NCBI GenBank assembly: GCA_032718475.1
Contig: JAUCBJ010006617.1
Span: forward strand, 1 to 64,000
DNA length: 64,000 nucleotides
Reading direction: 5' to 3'
Source: Nemertoderma westbladi
Taxonomy: Eukaryota > Animalia > Xenacoelomorpha
The notes below the pieces were generated by a model. It ran no database searches and was not told the DNA's origin. It saw only the letters and a program-made list of their open reading frames with translations. Shown here one piece after another: positions 62,401 to 64,000 of the stretch. Position 1 is the first letter of the stretch; each line of letters starts with the position of its first letter. Made by a program: the position numbers and the translations under genes.

Positions 62401-64000
62401 CAGCAGCACCCATTTTTAGTTCTACTATGAATGTAGAGGGGGAGCATATAGGCCTAGGCTTACCTGAATATATAACTAAAATGGATAAAATGGCCCTTGA
62501 GGAACTATATGATCAAGGGGTTTCTCGCTCAAGTAATGCTACCACTTTTAAGCGGTCTTTGGCTGCTCATAGAGGTGTTTTCACTCGCACTCGTAAGGAT
62601 ATCAATGCAGCCATCATTGATAATCCGGAATTAGGTTGGAGTGAAGCTAATAAATTAATGTGTAGAGTACATTCAGCACGTGATAAATATTTGTTCTTAG
62701 CTCAAGCATATGAGGAAGTAGCAAACCGAAAACAAATTGCTCATATGCAAGAATATTTAACTTTAAGTAGACAAGAAATAAATTCCGAAGCGAACCAGCT
62801 ATTAAGCTGCTTGAATGAATACTTAAATCCCATAAGGATGAGTGTAGCGCCTCCATCTATCCAAAATAGTAAGACCAGCCATCCAAAATCTTTGGGAGGT
62901 GGGTCAAAGGCCAAACAGCTGGATGCTGGTGGCCAATCACTAAAGGAGGTTGTCAGCGAAAATGTCCGACCTCAAATAATTTCAGTTGAATTGAATGATG
63001 ATGAGAAATATAAAGAGATACGTTTAAAAATGCATACTAATGCAGAAAATGCACTTGAGACAAAATTTGATATTACTCTCCATCAATTAGAACTCGAAAC
63101 AGAAATTAGGTTAGCAAAGCAGCAGTCTGAGAGGAAGCGGCGGGCTAGAGCAGAAGCTACACGTTTAGCAGATGAAGCTGCAGAGGAAGCTGTGGAAGAA
63201 GATTTGAGAAAGATTGCAGAATTACAAATAGAACGAGATAAACTGGAGACGATCAAAGCCATGAATACTAAAAAGGAAGAAATGGTAAGTCGGCACCAGC
63301 AAGAGCAATTGCAATGGCATATGTCTAATCCTGGTTCGGTAAATGGCTCCATAACCAGTAGACATAGCAGAGCTTCCAGAACCAGTCTCCGATCTTGCAC
63401 TTCATTGTCAAAGGGTGCATATATATATAACAGAGATAAATCTGATCATGATAAAGTAAAACAAAATAATCCTACAGAACAGCCTTCTTGTAGCTTAATC
63501 CAGATACAAAGTACTGCTACTGTTACTGAACCTAGGGTTGTTAGACCAAAAATTCTGTCTGGTGCTGCTGTGAGTTCCAGCATACAAAATACATGTCCAA
63601 ATGTACAGAGACCTGCCATTAAAGGTACAAAAATATGTGACAATCCCTCTTTGGGGAAGGGTATATTATCTAAACCACAAGCGTCACGTCAGTTGAATTT
63701 AGACAATAACGATACTCACCCTAGTCATAAACTAGCAGGTCAAGAATCAAATACTAGTAAAACTTATGTTGAGGTACCAGTATATAATAATAATAATAAC
63801 CATAGTAAATATTTCAGTAGGCAAGGTGATAATACAAATAGTAGGCCTACCCCACCTGACACCAAATCGTGTCCTTTCCTAAGAAAGGAACTTAAATTTG
63901 GAACTGAAAGCCATAGACCAACATCTTCTGATCGAAACTACTTAGTAAGTGTAGAAGGTAGTAATGGAGAGAAGTCTTATATTGCAAATGAACCGGAGGA
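59413..64000 (+). mobile_element. Probable BEL/Pao element 5' part (LTR, long leader, gag), running off the window
   Basis: Gypsy homology stops at ~59410, where TGT begins. TATA at ~59505, AATAAA at ~59717, then ~2.4 kb of non-coding leader and a long gag-like ORF. The LTR end and PBS were not resolved. Confidence 0.55.
62178..64000 (+). CDS. Open-ended ORF (>=607 codons, absent from the ORF track), probable BEL/Pao gag N-terminus
   Basis: Manual translation from ATG 62178 (MSDITPMPTS...KRSLAAHRGVFTRTRKDI...coiled coil...) finds no stop before the window end. Confidence 0.7.
   Translation, partial: MSDITPMPTSTNTDVTTDERESLSNPTIIEGHEINNFPLTNGEQVIDHDVSPTGSTTDNVNDLDVTQVTTIEGATAAPIFSSTMNVEGEHIGLGLPEYITKMDKMALEELYDQGVSRSSNATTFKRSLAAHRGVFTRTRKDINAAIIDNPELGWSEANKLMCRVHSARDKYLFLAQAYEEVANRKQIAHMQEYLTLSRQEINSEANQLLSCLNEYLNPIRMSVAPPSIQNSKTSHPKSLGGGSKAKQLDAGGQSLKEVVSENVRPQIISVELNDDEKYKEIRLKMHTNAENALETKFDITLHQLELETEIRLAKQQSERKRRARAEATRLADEAAEEAVEEDLRKIAELQIERDKLETIKAMNTKKEEMVSRHQQEQLQWHMSNPGSVNGSITSRHSRASRTSLRSCTSLSKGAYIYNRDKSDHDKVKQNNPTEQPSCSLIQIQSTATVTEPRVVRPKILSGAAVSSSIQNTCPNVQRPAIKGTKICDNPSLGKGILSKPQASRQLNLDNNDTHPSHKLAGQESNTSKTYVEVPVYNNNNNHSKYFSRQGDNTNSRPTPPDTKSCPFLRKELKFGTESHRPTSSDRNYLVSVEGSNGEKSYIANEPE

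Overview
Eukaryotic (animal, probably bilaterian invertebrate) repeat-rich genomic DNA. The only host gene is the 3' part of a USP9X/fat facets deubiquitinase on the + strand: two small exons (11925-12195, 16771-16954) and one 4.9 kb terminal coding exon (18043-22920). The rest is repetitive. There are four large satellites: 18 bp (~9.8 kb, ending at a splice acceptor), 70/63 bp (~9.7 kb), 57 bp (~2.1 kb, with a CTCF-like motif in every unit) and 46 bp (~3.8 kb). Non-LTR fragments (RTE and others) and a decayed BEL/Pao remnant are also present. A young, TSD-flanked, pol-less BEL-like LTR element (35305-42151) sits in the 70-bp satellite. At the right end is an apparent nest: 46-bp satellite > Copia (GalEa-like) > Gypsy > BEL. 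The best candidate for an undescribed system is the pol-less LTR element: its pol position holds a regular array of short hairpins on an unstructured purine-rich RNA backbone, and its primer-binding site lacks TGG but pairs with its own LTR. Most ORFs in the supplied track are satellite artefacts. All family calls come from motif recognition, not database searches.
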